A stretch of DNA of 64,000 nt from Candidatus Thorarchaeota archaeon (GTDB taxonomy: Archaea > Asgardarchaeota > Thorarchaeia > Thorarchaeales > Thorarchaeaceae). The stretch lies in NCBI GenBank assembly GCA_048884965.1, contig JBHLQH010000001.1, forward strand, positions 64,001 through 128,000. Direction: 5' to 3'. Position numbers and translations under genes: made by a program. The notes below the pieces were generated by a model. It was not told the origin of the DNA, made no database searches, and saw only the letters and a list, made by a program, of their open reading frames with translations. Positions 19,394 through 30,523 of this stretch are shown in pieces (the stretch's first letter is position 1; the number at the start of each line of letters is the position of its first letter).

Positions 19394-22300
19394 GTGGTTG
19401 AGAATATGACAGTGAAGAAGCAGGAGCGTCCTGATTTCGACGAGCGTCAAGCAAGAACGATCGCCAATGATCTTTTTGGCATCACTGGATCGTTCAGCGA
19501 GCTTCCAAGTGAGAGGGACCGAAATTTCCTCATCTATATCGATGCCACGCCAAGATATATCCTTAAGATATCTGCGGCCTTTGACACACTAGGAATTATC
19601 GATTTTCAGAACAAAGCAATTGCATACATTCTGGCAAAGAATCCCGATTTCTCAGCTCCTCTTGTAGTTCCGTCACTCGATGGTGACCTTATCTCCACTG
19701 TTGACGACTCTGCTGGTATTCCGCACTACGTTCGCCTGCTCACCTATGTTCAAGGGCGGGTCTTTGCAAAAGCCAATCCTCACACTGATGATCTTCTATT
19801 TGACTATGGTAGATTCCTTGGTTCCCTAACATTCGCTCTCGATGGATTCGACCATCCTGAAACGCACCGTGACTTTGTCTGGGACCTGAAGAACGCACCT
19901 AGAATCGTCGCAGAAAGAAGAGAACTAGTGCATGACAGAGAACGAAAGCATATCGTAGATCAGATATACTCCCTCTTCGACTCGGAAGTTGTCCCTCACT
20001 TCAGATACCTACGAACAAGCGTTGCCCACAATGATGCAAATGACTACAATGTGCTTGTTGACAATCATTGGTCCAATGAGACAAGAAGATTCGGAATTAT
20101 TGACTTTGGTGACATGATCCACACTGTTACTATTTCTGATTTGGCAATTGGTATTGCCTATGCAGTTCTCGATAAGCAAGATCCCCTTTCTACAGCCATG
20201 AGAATAGTTGCAGGATATCATAGTATCTATCCTCTCACTGAGGATGAACTACAAGTCCTGTTTCCCATGGTCTGTATGCGGCTCACTACTAGCGTCTGTA
20301 TGTCAGCATACCAGATCACTCTAGAGCCTGAGAATGAATATCTTCGAGTATCAGAAGCCCCAGCTTGGAGGGCTCTCGATAAACTAAAGGATATCCATCC
20401 TCGCCTTGCATGGTATGCATTCAGAAGTGCCTGTGGATTGTCACCACATCCTAAAGGTGATCAATTGCTTCATTGGCTCGAGCAGAATCAACGATCCTTC
20501 TCACGAATGCTTGATACTAACTGGAACAATAGTGTGATAATAGATCAAAGTGTAGGTAGCCTTGACTATGGAAATCCCATTGAGGTAGAAGATTTCAACA
20601 GATTCTCAGAGTGGATACAAGCCAAGATGAGAAAGAAGAATGCAGCTATCGGAATAGGTCGATATGATGAAGCACGACTGATACAGACTGGTCTCTCAAA
20701 GCTAGGTTTGGAGCCGCGAAGCATACACTTGGGAATTGACATATTTACAGCAAGTGGTTCTCCAGTGTATGCACCGTTGGATGGAACAGTCCATACACTT
20801 CGAAACAACGATATGCTTCCTGACTTCGGACCAACCATCATACTGCTACATAAGATCGATGCAGAGACTGAGTTCTACACACTCTATGGACATTTATCAG
20901 TCGATTCGATTGAACATTTGATTCCCGGTCAGATTGTAAGGCAGGGTGAATCACTTGGTCGGATTGGCGAGTATCCTGAGAATGGAGGTTGGCCTCCTCA
21001 TTTACATTTTCAGATAATCTTGGATATGTTAGACTTTACAGGGGACTACTATGGTTCTTGTTCTCCAAACCAAAGACCTCTTTGGCTCGGACTCTGTCCA
21101 GATCCCAATCTTATCATGGGAATACCCTCCAGTAAATTACCCGAGCCGCTCCTTACGAAGGATAAGATAATTGACATTCGCCACGAGCACTTTGGTAAGA
21201 ATCTAAGCTTATCCTATGATAAACCCTTGAAGATAGTCCGAGGATTCATGCAGTACCTCTATGATGACGATGGTCGCACCTACCTTGATGTAGTCAATAA
21301 TGTTCCCTCGGTTGGACATTCCCATCCACGAGTCGTAGAAGCATTGCAGGATCAAGCAAAGGTCCTTTGCACGAACACTCGATACCTACATGACAATCTT
21401 GCCAGATATGTTGAAGCGCTCTGTGCGAAATTCCCTGCACCTCTAAGCGTGTGCTTCCTTGTAAACAGCGGAAGTGAAGCGAATGAGTTGGCCATTCGAC
21501 TGGCAAAGGCACATACAAAGCGTGACGGGTTCATCGTTCTTGAAGGAGGGTATCATGGCAACACTGAAACTCTTGTTGAACTCAGTCACTACAAGCACAG
21601 TGGTCCTGGAGGGCTTGGTACTCCCACTAATGTGGAAGTCGTATCGAATGCAGACATGTATCGGAGTCCATATGGATCTGATAAGGCTGCAGGCAATATG
21701 CACGCTGAAGATGTGGGAAAGGGTATCAAGCGACTTGGAGAGAAAAAACATCCAATTGCTGCCTTCTTGTGCGAACCTGTTATGAGTTGCGGAGGACAAA
21801 TTGTATTCCCTCCTGGCTATCTCGAATCTGTCTATAAGATTGTTCGAGATGCAGGAGGCGTATGCATTGCTGATGAAGTACAGATTGGATTCGGACGAAT
21901 GGGTACTCATTTCTGGGGATTCGAAACTCAGAATGTGATTCCTGATATTGTCACACTTGGAAAACCTATTGGTAATGGTCACCCGATCGGAGCTGTAGTC
22001 ACAACACCAGAAATTGCAGCATCCTTTGCAACAGGAATGGAGTTCTTCAGTACCACAGGGGGTAACACGGTTTCATGTCATGTTGGTCTTGCTGTCCTCG
22101 AAATCATAGAGGATGAAAGACTGCAAGAATACGCATTAGATGTGGGGACATATTTCAAAGAGAGTCTAATCAAGTTGAAAGAGCGACATCAATTAATCGG
22201 TGATGTTAGAGGGTATGGACTCTTTCTGGGTGTCGAGCTAGTTCGACCTGGTGATGAGCTGCCTCCTGCAAGAGAGGAATCCTATTACATTGTGAACAGA

Positions 22301-22456
22301 ATGAAGCAAATGGGAGTATTGCTTAGTGTTGATGGCCCCCTCCACAATGTTCTGAAGATCAAACCTCCACTATGTTTCACTAAAGAGAATGTGGATGAAG
22401 TTATTTCCAAACTCGACATCGTATTGAGTGAGGACTTTCCAAGACAATCACTTTGA
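19394..22456 (+). CDS. Fusion of an APH/hydroxylysine-kinase-like phosphotransferase, an M23 peptidase-like domain and a class-III PLP aminotransferase/phospho-lyase
   Basis: Kinase motifs HNDANDYN and IIDFGD; M23 motifs HLGID, YGHL and HLHFQ; class III motifs NSGSEANE, DEVQIGFGR and TLGKPIGNG. Confidence 0.9.
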   Translation: MVENMTVKKQERPDFDERQARTIANDLFGITGSFSELPSERDRNFLIYIDATPRYILKISAAFDTLGIIDFQNKAIAYILAKNPDFSAPLVVPSLDGDLISTVDDSAGIPHYVRLLTYVQGRVFAKANPHTDDLLFDYGRFLGSLTFALDGFDHPETHRDFVWDLKNAPRIVAERRELVHDRERKHIVDQIYSLFDSEVVPHFRYLRTSVAHNDANDYNVLVDNHWSNETRRFGIIDFGDMIHTVTISDLAIGIAYAVLDKQDPLSTAMRIVAGYHSIYPLTEDELQVLFPMVCMRLTTSVCMSAYQITLEPENEYLRVSEAPAWRALDKLKDIHPRLAWYAFRSACGLSPHPKGDQLLHWLEQNQRSFSRMLDTNWNNSVIIDQSVGSLDYGNPIEVEDFNRFSEWIQAKMRKKNAAIGIGRYDEARLIQTGLSKLGLEPRSIHLGIDIFTASGSPVYAPLDGTVHTLRNNDMLPDFGPTIILLHKIDAETEFYTLYGHLSVDSIEHLIPGQIVRQGESLGRIGEYPENGGWPPHLHFQIILDMLDFTGDYYGSCSPNQRPLWLGLCPDPNLIMGIPSSKLPEPLLTKDKIIDIRHEHFGKNLSLSYDKPLKIVRGFMQYLYDDDGRTYLDVVNNVPSVGHSHPRVVEALQDQAKVLCTNTRYLHDNLARYVEALCAKFPAPLSVCFLVNSGSEANELAIRLAKAHTKRDGFIVLEGGYHGNTETLVELSHYKHSGPGGLGTPTNVEVVSNADMYRSPYGSDKAAGNMHAEDVGKGIKRLGEKKHPIAAFLCEPVMSCGGQIVFPPGYLESVYKIVRDAGGVCIADEVQIGFGRMGTHFWGFETQNVIPDIVTLGKPIGNGHPIGAVVTTPEIAASFATGMEFFSTTGGNTVSCHVGLAVLEIIEDERLQEYALDVGTYFKESLIKLKERHQLIGDVRGYGLFLGVELVRPGDELPPAREESYYIVNRMKQMGVLLSVDGPLHNVLKIKPPLCFTKENVDEVISKLDIVLSEDFPRQSL

Positions 22457-22467
22457 ACGAACAGATG

Positions 22468-22500
22468 GAGTGAATGTACAAGCCATTCACTCACATTTTT
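22468..22500 (+). terminator. Hairpin between convergent genes
   Basis: GAGTGAATG (22468-22476) / CATTCACTC (22484-22492), then ACATTTTT. Confidence 0.55.
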
Positions 22501-23964
22501 CTACTCGATTTCTTCAGGTGTTCCCTCTATGATTTCAACTTGCTCTCCTGGATAATCTTGAGGTGTACTGACAGATGTCGGAATCGGATAGTTGAATGAC
22601 TTTCTGATTAATATCACCCCAAATAGTGATATCGCTGAGAGGATCAAAAACGTCGTTGGAAATCCAATATTGGATAGCATCTCTCCACTTGCTAACATGA
22701 GTGGTATAGATGTGATCATTATTAGAGTTGGCTGAAGTGAATATACACTGTTTCTAATTTTATTGGGAATGACATCAATCAATACTCTTTGTGTCAATAT
22801 GCCACCAAAGGTGCCCATTAGAAATCCAAATACAAAGAGGATGAATACTACAACTAGAGCTGGTATTGATTCTACAGGCACTTCTAGTAAAACGAAGCTT
22901 GATCCTGGCCAGGTCAATTGGAGCAGGTTTGTCGCATCGAGTGGTGGTGGAAGAAGAATGAGTAGTCCAGCCATAATCAGTAGGGGAAAAGTACTTCCTA
23001 TCTGAAGCAAACGAAATCGAGGAATCCATTTGCTTGGCTCGAATTTCATTGCCCATATCCCCGAACGGTCTTGTAGGGGTACCTGTGGGACATACATGAA
23101 CGTTCGAAACGAGGCTGTTGCGATATCTGAAATGAGATATAGGTAGTAGAATGGAAATAGAATAAGCGAACCATATACCATACCTACAGCTGCCATGAGA
23201 ATTTGACCTGCCATTATATAGATGATGAATGAATCTGATATCATAAATCTGGCACCCTCTCTTAGCAGGGCGATGTAATTTCCTTCATCTCTGCTTTCCT
23301 GACGCTTCTCTTGCACTTCTGGGAGATCATTCAGAAACCGAAGAACAATGATTGCTAAGATGATGTATGCTACGGCCTGCAGCTGGAACACCCAAGTTCT
23401 GCCTAATGTATAGGCCAGCCAGCTCCCTGGGATCAATACAATGGTATTGGCTAGTCCAAAGAGCATTCCTAGCTTTCCTTGAAACACACCATACTGTTTC
23501 CTACCTTCATCATTTGGATAAGCTTCTCGAAAGTTGGTATCGAACCATGCATCCCATGCACCACTTTCTTGGGAAAGCGCAATACCGAACAAGGCATAGA
23601 TTGCAACGAAAATGGGATACGGTGACATTGGCGTTACTGCTGACGAAAGCCAGAACATGAGGGCATAGCAAAACATTGCAGAAGCAATCACATACTTCTG
23701 CCCTATGTGATCACCCAAAGCTCCTGTAGGATAATCCAAGAGTGTTTGCAGCCCAAGCTGAATGACCACCAATATACCTACTTTGGCGAGACCTGCAACA
23801 TAATCCCCACCACCAAGCTGCTCAGCAATGAAGATTAGCCAAAAGGTGGTGCTAATTGAGAATGTCATTGCATAGGTTGGATTTAGAACTGCGAGGATTT
23901 TTGCAAACCTGATTGCTCTCGTAGGTGCCTCTTCCAATCCGAAGAATCTAGCGAACCTTGACAT
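22501..23964 (-). CDS. MFS transporter
   Basis: MFS motif A-like LDYPTGALGDHIGQK, plus SGAWDAW and IPNKIRNSVYSL; about 12 TM segments. Likely start MSRFARF at 23964. Confidence 0.85.
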   Translation of the reverse strand: MSRFARFFGLEEAPTRAIRFAKILAVLNPTYAMTFSISTTFWLIFIAEQLGGGDYVAGLAKVGILVVIQLGLQTLLDYPTGALGDHIGQKYVIASAMFCYALMFWLSSAVTPMSPYPIFVAIYALFGIALSQESGAWDAWFDTNFREAYPNDEGRKQYGVFQGKLGMLFGLANTIVLIPGSWLAYTLGRTWVFQLQAVAYIILAIIVLRFLNDLPEVQEKRQESRDEGNYIALLREGARFMISDSFIIYIMAGQILMAAVGMVYGSLILFPFYYLYLISDIATASFRTFMYVPQVPLQDRSGIWAMKFEPSKWIPRFRLLQIGSTFPLLIMAGLLILLPPPLDATNLLQLTWPGSSFVLLEVPVESIPALVVVFILFVFGFLMGTFGGILTQRVLIDVIPNKIRNSVYSLQPTLIMITSIPLMLASGEMLSNIGFPTTFLILSAISLFGVILIRKSFNYPIPTSVSTPQDYPGEQVEIIEGTPEEIE

Positions 23965-24105
23965 TATAATCACATACCAGCGAGGTACGATGGATATAAG
24001 TTTGCTTAACAAAGCATACATGATACATACCTTTGTATAACTTACCTTATTGCAAACATACATATACAAGAGTTCCATGGAGATATTTAGATATCAGAGG
24101 GACTA

Positions 24106-25617
24106 TTGATGGAATCGTACACGAAACTTATGGAACGCGTAAAAGAAATCACACTAATTGGAACCGCAACAGGTTTTCTTAACTGGGATATGCTCACATA
24201 CATGCCTCCTCGTGGAGCCCAACTTCGAGGTGAGCAGTTGGGTGCTATGACAAGGATTATTCAGAGAATGCAAACCTCCCCTGAATACGCTGATCTACTG
24301 TTGAGGTCTGAGAAAGAAGTCGACGATTCCAACGCACTAGAATCGAGAAACCTCAAGATTCTACGAAAGAATTACGAAGTTGCCAGATCACTTCCTGAAG
24401 ATTTGGTAGCTGAAATCGCGAAGCAAAGAGCGATATCAAATCAAGCATGGGGAAAAGCTAGGTCGGAATCTAAGTGGAAGATATTTGAACCCGAACTTGA
24501 AAAAACGTTTGAGCTTTCAAAGAAAGCAGCAGAGCTCACTATGGATGCGAAAGGCGCATCAACTCTATATGATAGTCTTCTTGATGATTTCGAACCTGGG
24601 ATGAACTCGGAACAAGTTGCTTCTGCATTTAGTGAACTTAGGAAGGGCTTAGTACCTTTGGTGCGAGACCTGACAGAGAAGTGCTCCAAGTTGGAAAGGT
24701 CCAAGATTTCGAAGTCGATTCCGAAGGAGATTCAAAAGAAGGTTGTACTAGATGTGGCTGATACTATTGGCTTTGACACAACCTCTGCAACATCGGGGGC
24801 AAGAATTGATGAAGCCGCCCATCCGTTCACCATGGGTTACTTTGATGATCTACGCATAACAACGAGATATATTGAAGATAATCCCCTAGCTGCAGTTGCT
24901 GCTCTCATGCATGAAGCAGGACATGGGATATATGAGCAATCCTTCAATCCTGATTGGATGTTCCAACCAATTGGCACAATGGCGAGTCTAGGTATTCATG
25001 AATCAATCTCTCGATTCTATGAGAATATGGTGGGGCGCTCGAAAGAATTCTGGACATACTATCTACCACGCTTTAACGACCTTACAGATGGAGCATTCAG
25101 AGATATCTCGATTGATGAATTGATGCCTCTTATCAATAATGTTGGACCCTCAAAGATTCGCGTCGAAGCAGATGAGGTCACCTATTCGCTTCATGTCATC
25201 ATCCGGTTTGAAATCGAACAAGCTCTCTTCAATGGTGAAATCGAAATCAAGGAGCTTCCTCTAATCTGGAATGAGAAGTATTCAGAGTACTTGGGAGTTA
25301 ACATAGAGACTGATGCAGAGGGAGTACTTCAAGACTCACATTGGTCCGCAGGAATGTTTGGATATTTTCCAACCTATGCTCTTGGTAATTTATACAATGG
25401 GATGTGGTATCACAAGATGTCCCAAGACCGACCAAGTTGGAAACAGGATTTGCAGGAAGGCATCATAGATACTGCGTACTCATGGCTCAAAGAGAATGTC
25501 ATGTATAAGGCCAATCTTTACGATCCCAGTGACTTGGTATACGATGTTACGGGGCAAAAACTGACAGGAAAACCCTTCTTGAATTATCTTGAGGATAAAT
25601 ATTCGGCCATATTTTGA
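24106..25617 (+). CDS. Carboxypeptidase M32 (carboxypeptidase Taq family)
   Basis: Motifs HPF, DLRITTRY, HEAGH (HEXXH), HESIS, IRVEADE, GVLQDSHW and GYFPTYALG. Confidence 0.95.
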   Translation: MMESYTKLMERVKEITLIGTATGFLNWDMLTYMPPRGAQLRGEQLGAMTRIIQRMQTSPEYADLLLRSEKEVDDSNALESRNLKILRKNYEVARSLPEDLVAEIAKQRAISNQAWGKARSESKWKIFEPELEKTFELSKKAAELTMDAKGASTLYDSLLDDFEPGMNSEQVASAFSELRKGLVPLVRDLTEKCSKLERSKISKSIPKEIQKKVVLDVADTIGFDTTSATSGARIDEAAHPFTMGYFDDLRITTRYIEDNPLAAVAALMHEAGHGIYEQSFNPDWMFQPIGTMASLGIHESISRFYENMVGRSKEFWTYYLPRFNDLTDGAFRDISIDELMPLINNVGPSKIRVEADEVTYSLHVIIRFEIEQALFNGEIEIKELPLIWNEKYSEYLGVNIETDAEGVLQDSHWSAGMFGYFPTYALGNLYNGMWYHKMSQDRPSWKQDLQEGIIDTAYSWLKENVMYKANLYDPSDLVYDVTGQKLTGKPFLNYLEDKYSAIF

Positions 25618-25670
25618 GCAAATCGTTTAAGATAGGATAGACCCAAAGAGGATAGTGGATTCTTGAAGAA

Positions 25671-26417
25671 GTGATGTACTCAATGACTAGCGAGCTTCCT
25701 GACACTCTTAGAGGTATCAACCTGACCAAGGAAGGAAAGAAGCCTATGGAGAAAACTATTCGTATCTCCAATCCTCAGAAGGCTGACGTTATCGCTGAAG
25801 CTGCTAGAGGTACTATCCTTCGTATACTACGTGCAGGAATCGAAGACACCCTCACTGAAGAGCATGTTGACCCCTCTACCAAAACACGGACCATCATCCA
25901 GAAACAAGTGATTCGAGATGCTCTATCTGTGTCCGAGATTGTCAAAATATCAAAGACTTTCGAAGAAGGAAAGAATCCCCTGACCAAGAGTCAAGTCTAT
26001 CATCATCTTCCAATATTGATTGAGTATAGCTATGTTGTGCACTATGGATCTGTAAGCACAGGCAAGAGGAGTACGGACTACTATCGGAGAACTGCAAATC
26101 TTTTCATCTTTGAATCATTTCCTAGAGATGATTGGAAGAAATTTGAGGAAACGCTTACTCGAATAATCGACGAGACAATAGAAGTCTTTGGTTTTAATGT
26201 GACTGGTTCTGAGAGGAGGGAACTCATACAACTAGCAATGAAGACATCTGAGATAGAGCATGAATCATATCAGCGAGTGATTCCCCTCGCCCAGGGTGAC
26301 ATTGCAAATCCGGATTTCGAAAGCCTACTTCGAGCAGTTATTGCCACAGATGCTTCTGGATCTGATGAATGGGTCAATGCTAGAAGACGAATGAGGGAGA
26401 TTTTCTTCAAGAAATAA
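25671..26417 (+). CDS. Winged-helix (ArsR-like) transcriptional regulator with an insertion
   Basis: R..ILRIL...LSVSEI...LTKSQVYHHLPILIE...YYRRTA pattern. The start may be downstream (MEKTIR). Confidence 0.7.
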   Translation: MMYSMTSELPDTLRGINLTKEGKKPMEKTIRISNPQKADVIAEAARGTILRILRAGIEDTLTEEHVDPSTKTRTIIQKQVIRDALSVSEIVKISKTFEEGKNPLTKSQVYHHLPILIEYSYVVHYGSVSTGKRSTDYYRRTANLFIFESFPRDDWKKFEETLTRIIDETIEVFGFNVTGSERRELIQLAMKTSEIEHESYQRVIPLAQGDIANPDFESLLRAVIATDASGSDEWVNARRRMREIFFKK

Positions 26418-26456
26418 TATCTCATTTTGTCTAGATTATCTGAGGAATAGTACAGA

Positions 26457-26474
26457 CGGGAGCAAAGGCTCCCG
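26457..26474. terminator. Hairpin between convergent genes
   Basis: CGGGAGC-AAAG-GCTCCCG. Confidence 0.45.
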
Positions 26475-26496
26475 CCATCGTTTCAGAACTACTATA

Positions 26497-28948
26497 CTAT
26501 CCATAGTAATAGTCAGACACACTTGATGGTGCTCCTCCAGCACGGTTCCTACAGATTATACTGCTGAGAATTACAATGACCACTAGACTACCGATTGTGA
26601 TACTGATTATTAGAATATCACCTCCAAATGGAAGTGCGACCTCTAGCAGACTCACATATACGGTGTCTGAGTCATAGTTTCCTGAAGTATCCCAAACGAC
26701 GACAGTGATGTTGTAGATACCAGGGACTAAGTCCGCAGACAGAACATAGGTAAGATTCTCTCCACTTGTCCAAGTACCACTTGAAACCAAAGTGCCATTT
26801 TGGTATATCTCATAGTTGAACGGAAGTAGGTCCGTTGGTTGCCATGTGATATCAATGCTAGGTGTACTGATATCTACTTCGAAATCAGGTGGATGATTGA
26901 GTATCGGGTTTGTAGTATCAACGACAGTAACAGTTACTGAGTCAATGGCCACATTATCGTAATCATCAACGACCTCAATGGTATAGATATACGTTCCAAT
27001 GTCCAATCCATCAATGTCGATGCTTATCGTTCCATCTGCCCAAGTACTTGTCTGAATTATCTCTGAATCCAAACTTATGGAATACGTATCCGGATTGAGA
27101 TCTGATAGAGTCCAAGAGATACCATTACCAGATGAACCATATTCATATTCGATATTCTCCGGCGAGCTCGTCACTGGTTCAGTGGTGTCTACAACTGTCA
27201 CGATCACTGTATCTTTAGCCCAATTGCCTGAAGTATCTGTCACAACTATTGTGAAATTATACTCATCTATGGCTAATCCATCGATATCAAGCACTATAGA
27301 CCCTGATGACCACGAAATGCTGGGATTGGGAGATCCATCTATGTAGATGGTATACTCATCTGGATAGATATCTGAAGATGTCCAGATAATAGAATGTCCT
27401 GTGGTTCCATACTCATAGATAATATCCAGTGGATGCCCCAATGTTGGTTCTGTGGTGTCAAGCACCGTTACAAACACGGTGTCTACGAGTCTTATGCCGC
27501 CCGCACCATTTACAACAGCTGTATAGTTGTAAACGCCTGGAGATAGATTGTCGATATCTTGCACAAGCTGAGTACCACCTGGCCATGGTCCTGATCGCAG
27601 GAGACCTCCTTCCATGTATACTTCAAAGGATGTAGGAGTAAATTTAGCAACTGTCCAAATCAGATCATGTCCCGTTGTACCTGCTTCATATTCAGCATCC
27701 TCTGGTGAGTCTATCGCAGGTTGTGATGATTCGATTTGTGAAATGCACTGGTAGTTGAGGTATATCTCATCAACAAACATTGGGGACAGTGGATCAGACG
27801 AAAAGCGAGAACTTGCTATGGCAATGTAAAAGATCTCTCGATTAAAATCTGCGTCAGAGAGTCCAGCAAGGATATCTTGTCCAACTCCCTCAACACCGAC
27901 CATTAATCCAAGCTCTGTGTAGCTGACATTCATCATTCCTCCAAAGTATGTCCACGTTACTGGATATCCTGATCCATAGCTTGTACGAGACTCATTTTCA
28001 AAGACATAGCTAATCCCATATGCCCCTTGAGAATAATCTACCCAACCATCGGAGAAGCTGAAGAATAAAACAGGATTTCTATTCTGGTCCCCTAGCATCA
28101 CCATTTGATATCCCACGTATGATGCAACTGAATTATCTACCTCGAAGATAGCTGAGAGGTTATTGATATCTCTTACACGTAGTTTGTTTGGTAATTCGTA
28201 TTCGAATACAGGACCATGATATCCAGTTCCTGTTGGGATGTCTGAAATTGATAGAACGGATCCATCTGAAGATAGTGTTCCTCCTACCATATTCCATGGC
28301 ACCCATGAAATATTCCAGTCTTCATTGTAGACGAATCCAGTTGTATTCGAACAGTCATGATACCATGACAGGCTGTTGGGGTACCATACTCCATGATTTG
28401 GTTCATTGGCTATCCATTTTCTGATGTAAACATCATCAATCCAAGATTGGTACGCATTATTGCCATAGAAAACTAGTGATTTTAGTGTTGTAGAATTGAT
28501 GGTCCAAGAATCATAGACCTCTCTCATAGTAATCTGACCCATAAGTGCACTATCTTTCCAAGCCCACATAGTTGAATTGGACATTTGCTGAGCTGCTTCA
28601 ACTCTGTGCCATGTATCATCTGCTACAAAGCTATTCTCGGGCCAGGGATTGTCTGAATTGCTGTAGTATGTGATATCATCCTCGAAGATGACCCCCCGAT
28701 GTACCCAGTGTGCCCGATTCATGGATTGCGTGTTTGGGGTCGAAAGGAGCTGTTTCATCCTGCGAAATCCAACCATCTACAGATGAGCAATCATCATGCC
28801 AAGTGTTCGTGCTTGGATGGAATGACTCTTCAAGCTGCTGATCTTCCCCCTCGATCGCAGAATTTCTCCAATCACTTGCAAAAATCGGTGTTGCCAAAAT
28901 TATTAAGAATATGATAGTCAGTAGATATTCTTTCTCATGCCCTCTCAT
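26497..28948 (-). pseudogene. Frameshifted or internally deleted secreted surface protein with HYR/Ig-like repeats and a C-terminal TM anchor
   Basis: The signal-peptide ORF (MRGHEKEYLLTIIFLIILA..., from 28948) stops at 28676. The protein body continues in another frame, switching at the C6 run (28692-28697). Four ~89-aa DTTxP..P.D..YE.G repeats and a TM segment (ILIISITIGSLVVIVIL) follow. Confidence 0.7.
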
Positions 28949-29014
28949 AATAGTCACACACACGAATTAGGAGAACATGGATATATTTGCTATGAGTCTG
29001 CTTTCCTGGTGTTC

Positions 29015-29524
29015 TTATCTATCCGTTGCCATCCTCAGACTCGCTCCAATCCGTGAGAGAAATTGACTTTCGTTCGGCAGCAAACCAACGAAAGAAAGCC
29101 TGTTGTTGATTGAGAATATAGGCGCAGAAGAACCGATGAATTCCGAGAATGCTGGTTCGTCAAGTGCTGAAGGATTTCCACTACCTCGAAGTGCCGCATT
29201 GAGCCATTCGCGCGCCTGTTCGATGTCATCTTTAGAACCATAGGATGCGATTCTGATACAGATGCTGTTCCCAAATTTCTCTTCTGCTTTCCTCAATAGC
29301 TGTTTAATTTTGATCATTGGATCCTTTATTCCAATAGGTATCACTATTTCATCAGCTGTTGATGTAGATGAATTCAGAGGAGTAGACGAATCACCACAAG
29401 AATCCGATTCCTCAAAAGCCGGATCCTCTTCTATTATTCCGATTCCCGGAATTGGCGGGAAGACGATGATTGTCACTTCCTCAAGACACTCTTCATCTGT
29501 CATAATCTCAATCATCGATACCAA
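29015..29524 (-). CDS. Hypothetical protein, possibly thioredoxin-like (ArsD-like) fold
   Basis: The C-terminal APIFSINNRLSFVGLLP resembles the P-x-x-x-(I/V)-N/D...G..P thioredoxin-fold end. No CxxC motif. Confidence 0.5.
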   Translation of the reverse strand: MVSMIEIMTDEECLEEVTIIVFPPIPGIGIIEEDPAFEESDSCGDSSTPLNSSTSTADEIVIPIGIKDPMIKIKQLLRKAEEKFGNSICIRIASYGSKDDIEQAREWLNAALRGSGNPSALDEPAFSEFIGSSAPIFSINNRLSFVGLLPNESQFLSRIGASLRMATDR

Positions 29525-29710
29525 TTGATATAGTATTATTGATACGATGATTTCTGCAAAGTTTTATTTTATCTGAAAGGCCAATCTTTAGTGCGGGTTT
29601 GGAGGTAAATCAGTATGCACGCTGAAAATGATGGTTCGTTATCATCTCATTTAGTTCTTCAAGTGTACGGAGCTTCTGCAGCTTGTGTAAGGTCTCAACG
29701 TGACTCCATC

Positions 29711-30460
29711 ATGGGCGTTGAAGCTGGCAAGAATGTTGTACGCTCGCCAGAAACAGGATTAGTCTTGGTTGATCCCGAGATATATTCAACCGCTAAATGT
29801 GGGGGTGATTTAGTATGTCCCGGCTCAACTGGAAGTGGAGAAGGTGAGCTTGTATGTCTGATAGTCATTGCCGTCCTGATGTCGGTCTTTGCAATTGTCT
29901 GGGCCGCGGTAATGATTACATTCTCGATTGTAACATTCGGAGGCTTCATTCGAAGAAGATATCGCACTCTTATTGAGATCCATAAAGAGAATAGAGAATT
30001 CCTTGGTAAGTTGGCCATTCTCTTGATTCGGAATGGTGGCGTATTGAAGTACTCTGTAGGTCGTTCCTATCACGACAACTGGGTACGTTCCACCTTTACC
30101 TCGTTCAAGAGAATGAAATACATTAGACAGGCAAGCCTCCTACTTGGGTTGATTTGGGGAATCATAGAAATCGCTTTCAAAGCCTATACCTTGGTTGATC
30201 ACCTATTCACCTATGATCTGTGGCCTTTCCGATATGTCATGATTCTGATCTTTGCACCGCTGATACTATACACTCCCGTGCTGGAATGGAGGTTCCGAGT
30301 AGCGTTCTCGGATGGGAAGGACATCGTTGAGCAGCTCATTCATGAAGAACCTCTCTTCAATCCTGATCACGCGATGCAATTCTCACAGAAACCTTCCGTG
30401 GTGACTATGCCCACTCGCATCAAATCACCCATAACGAGATTCGAGGACTTCGATTCGTAA
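29711..30460 (+). CDS. Hypothetical membrane protein (3-4 TM)
   Basis: Three hydrophobic segments. Start taken at MGVEAGK; the ORF track begins at 29615. Confidence 0.6.
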   Translation: MGVEAGKNVVRSPETGLVLVDPEIYSTAKCGGDLVCPGSTGSGEGELVCLIVIAVLMSVFAIVWAAVMITFSIVTFGGFIRRRYRTLIEIHKENREFLGKLAILLIRNGGVLKYSVGRSYHDNWVRSTFTSFKRMKYIRQASLLLGLIWGIIEIAFKAYTLVDHLFTYDLWPFRYVMILIFAPLILYTPVLEWRFRVAFSDGKDIVEQLIHEEPLFNPDHAMQFSQKPSVVTMPTRIKSPITRFEDFDS

Positions 30461-30523
30461 TGGACAATCATTAAATGCCATAGACTGTTAGGTCTAGAGT
30501 ACTTTGGTGACTTTCCCTATGGA

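Noticed and set aside
23965-24078. N-terminal extension of the MFS ORF in the track
   Set aside because: It covers the AT-rich divergent promoter region; the downstream MSRFARF start is more plausible.
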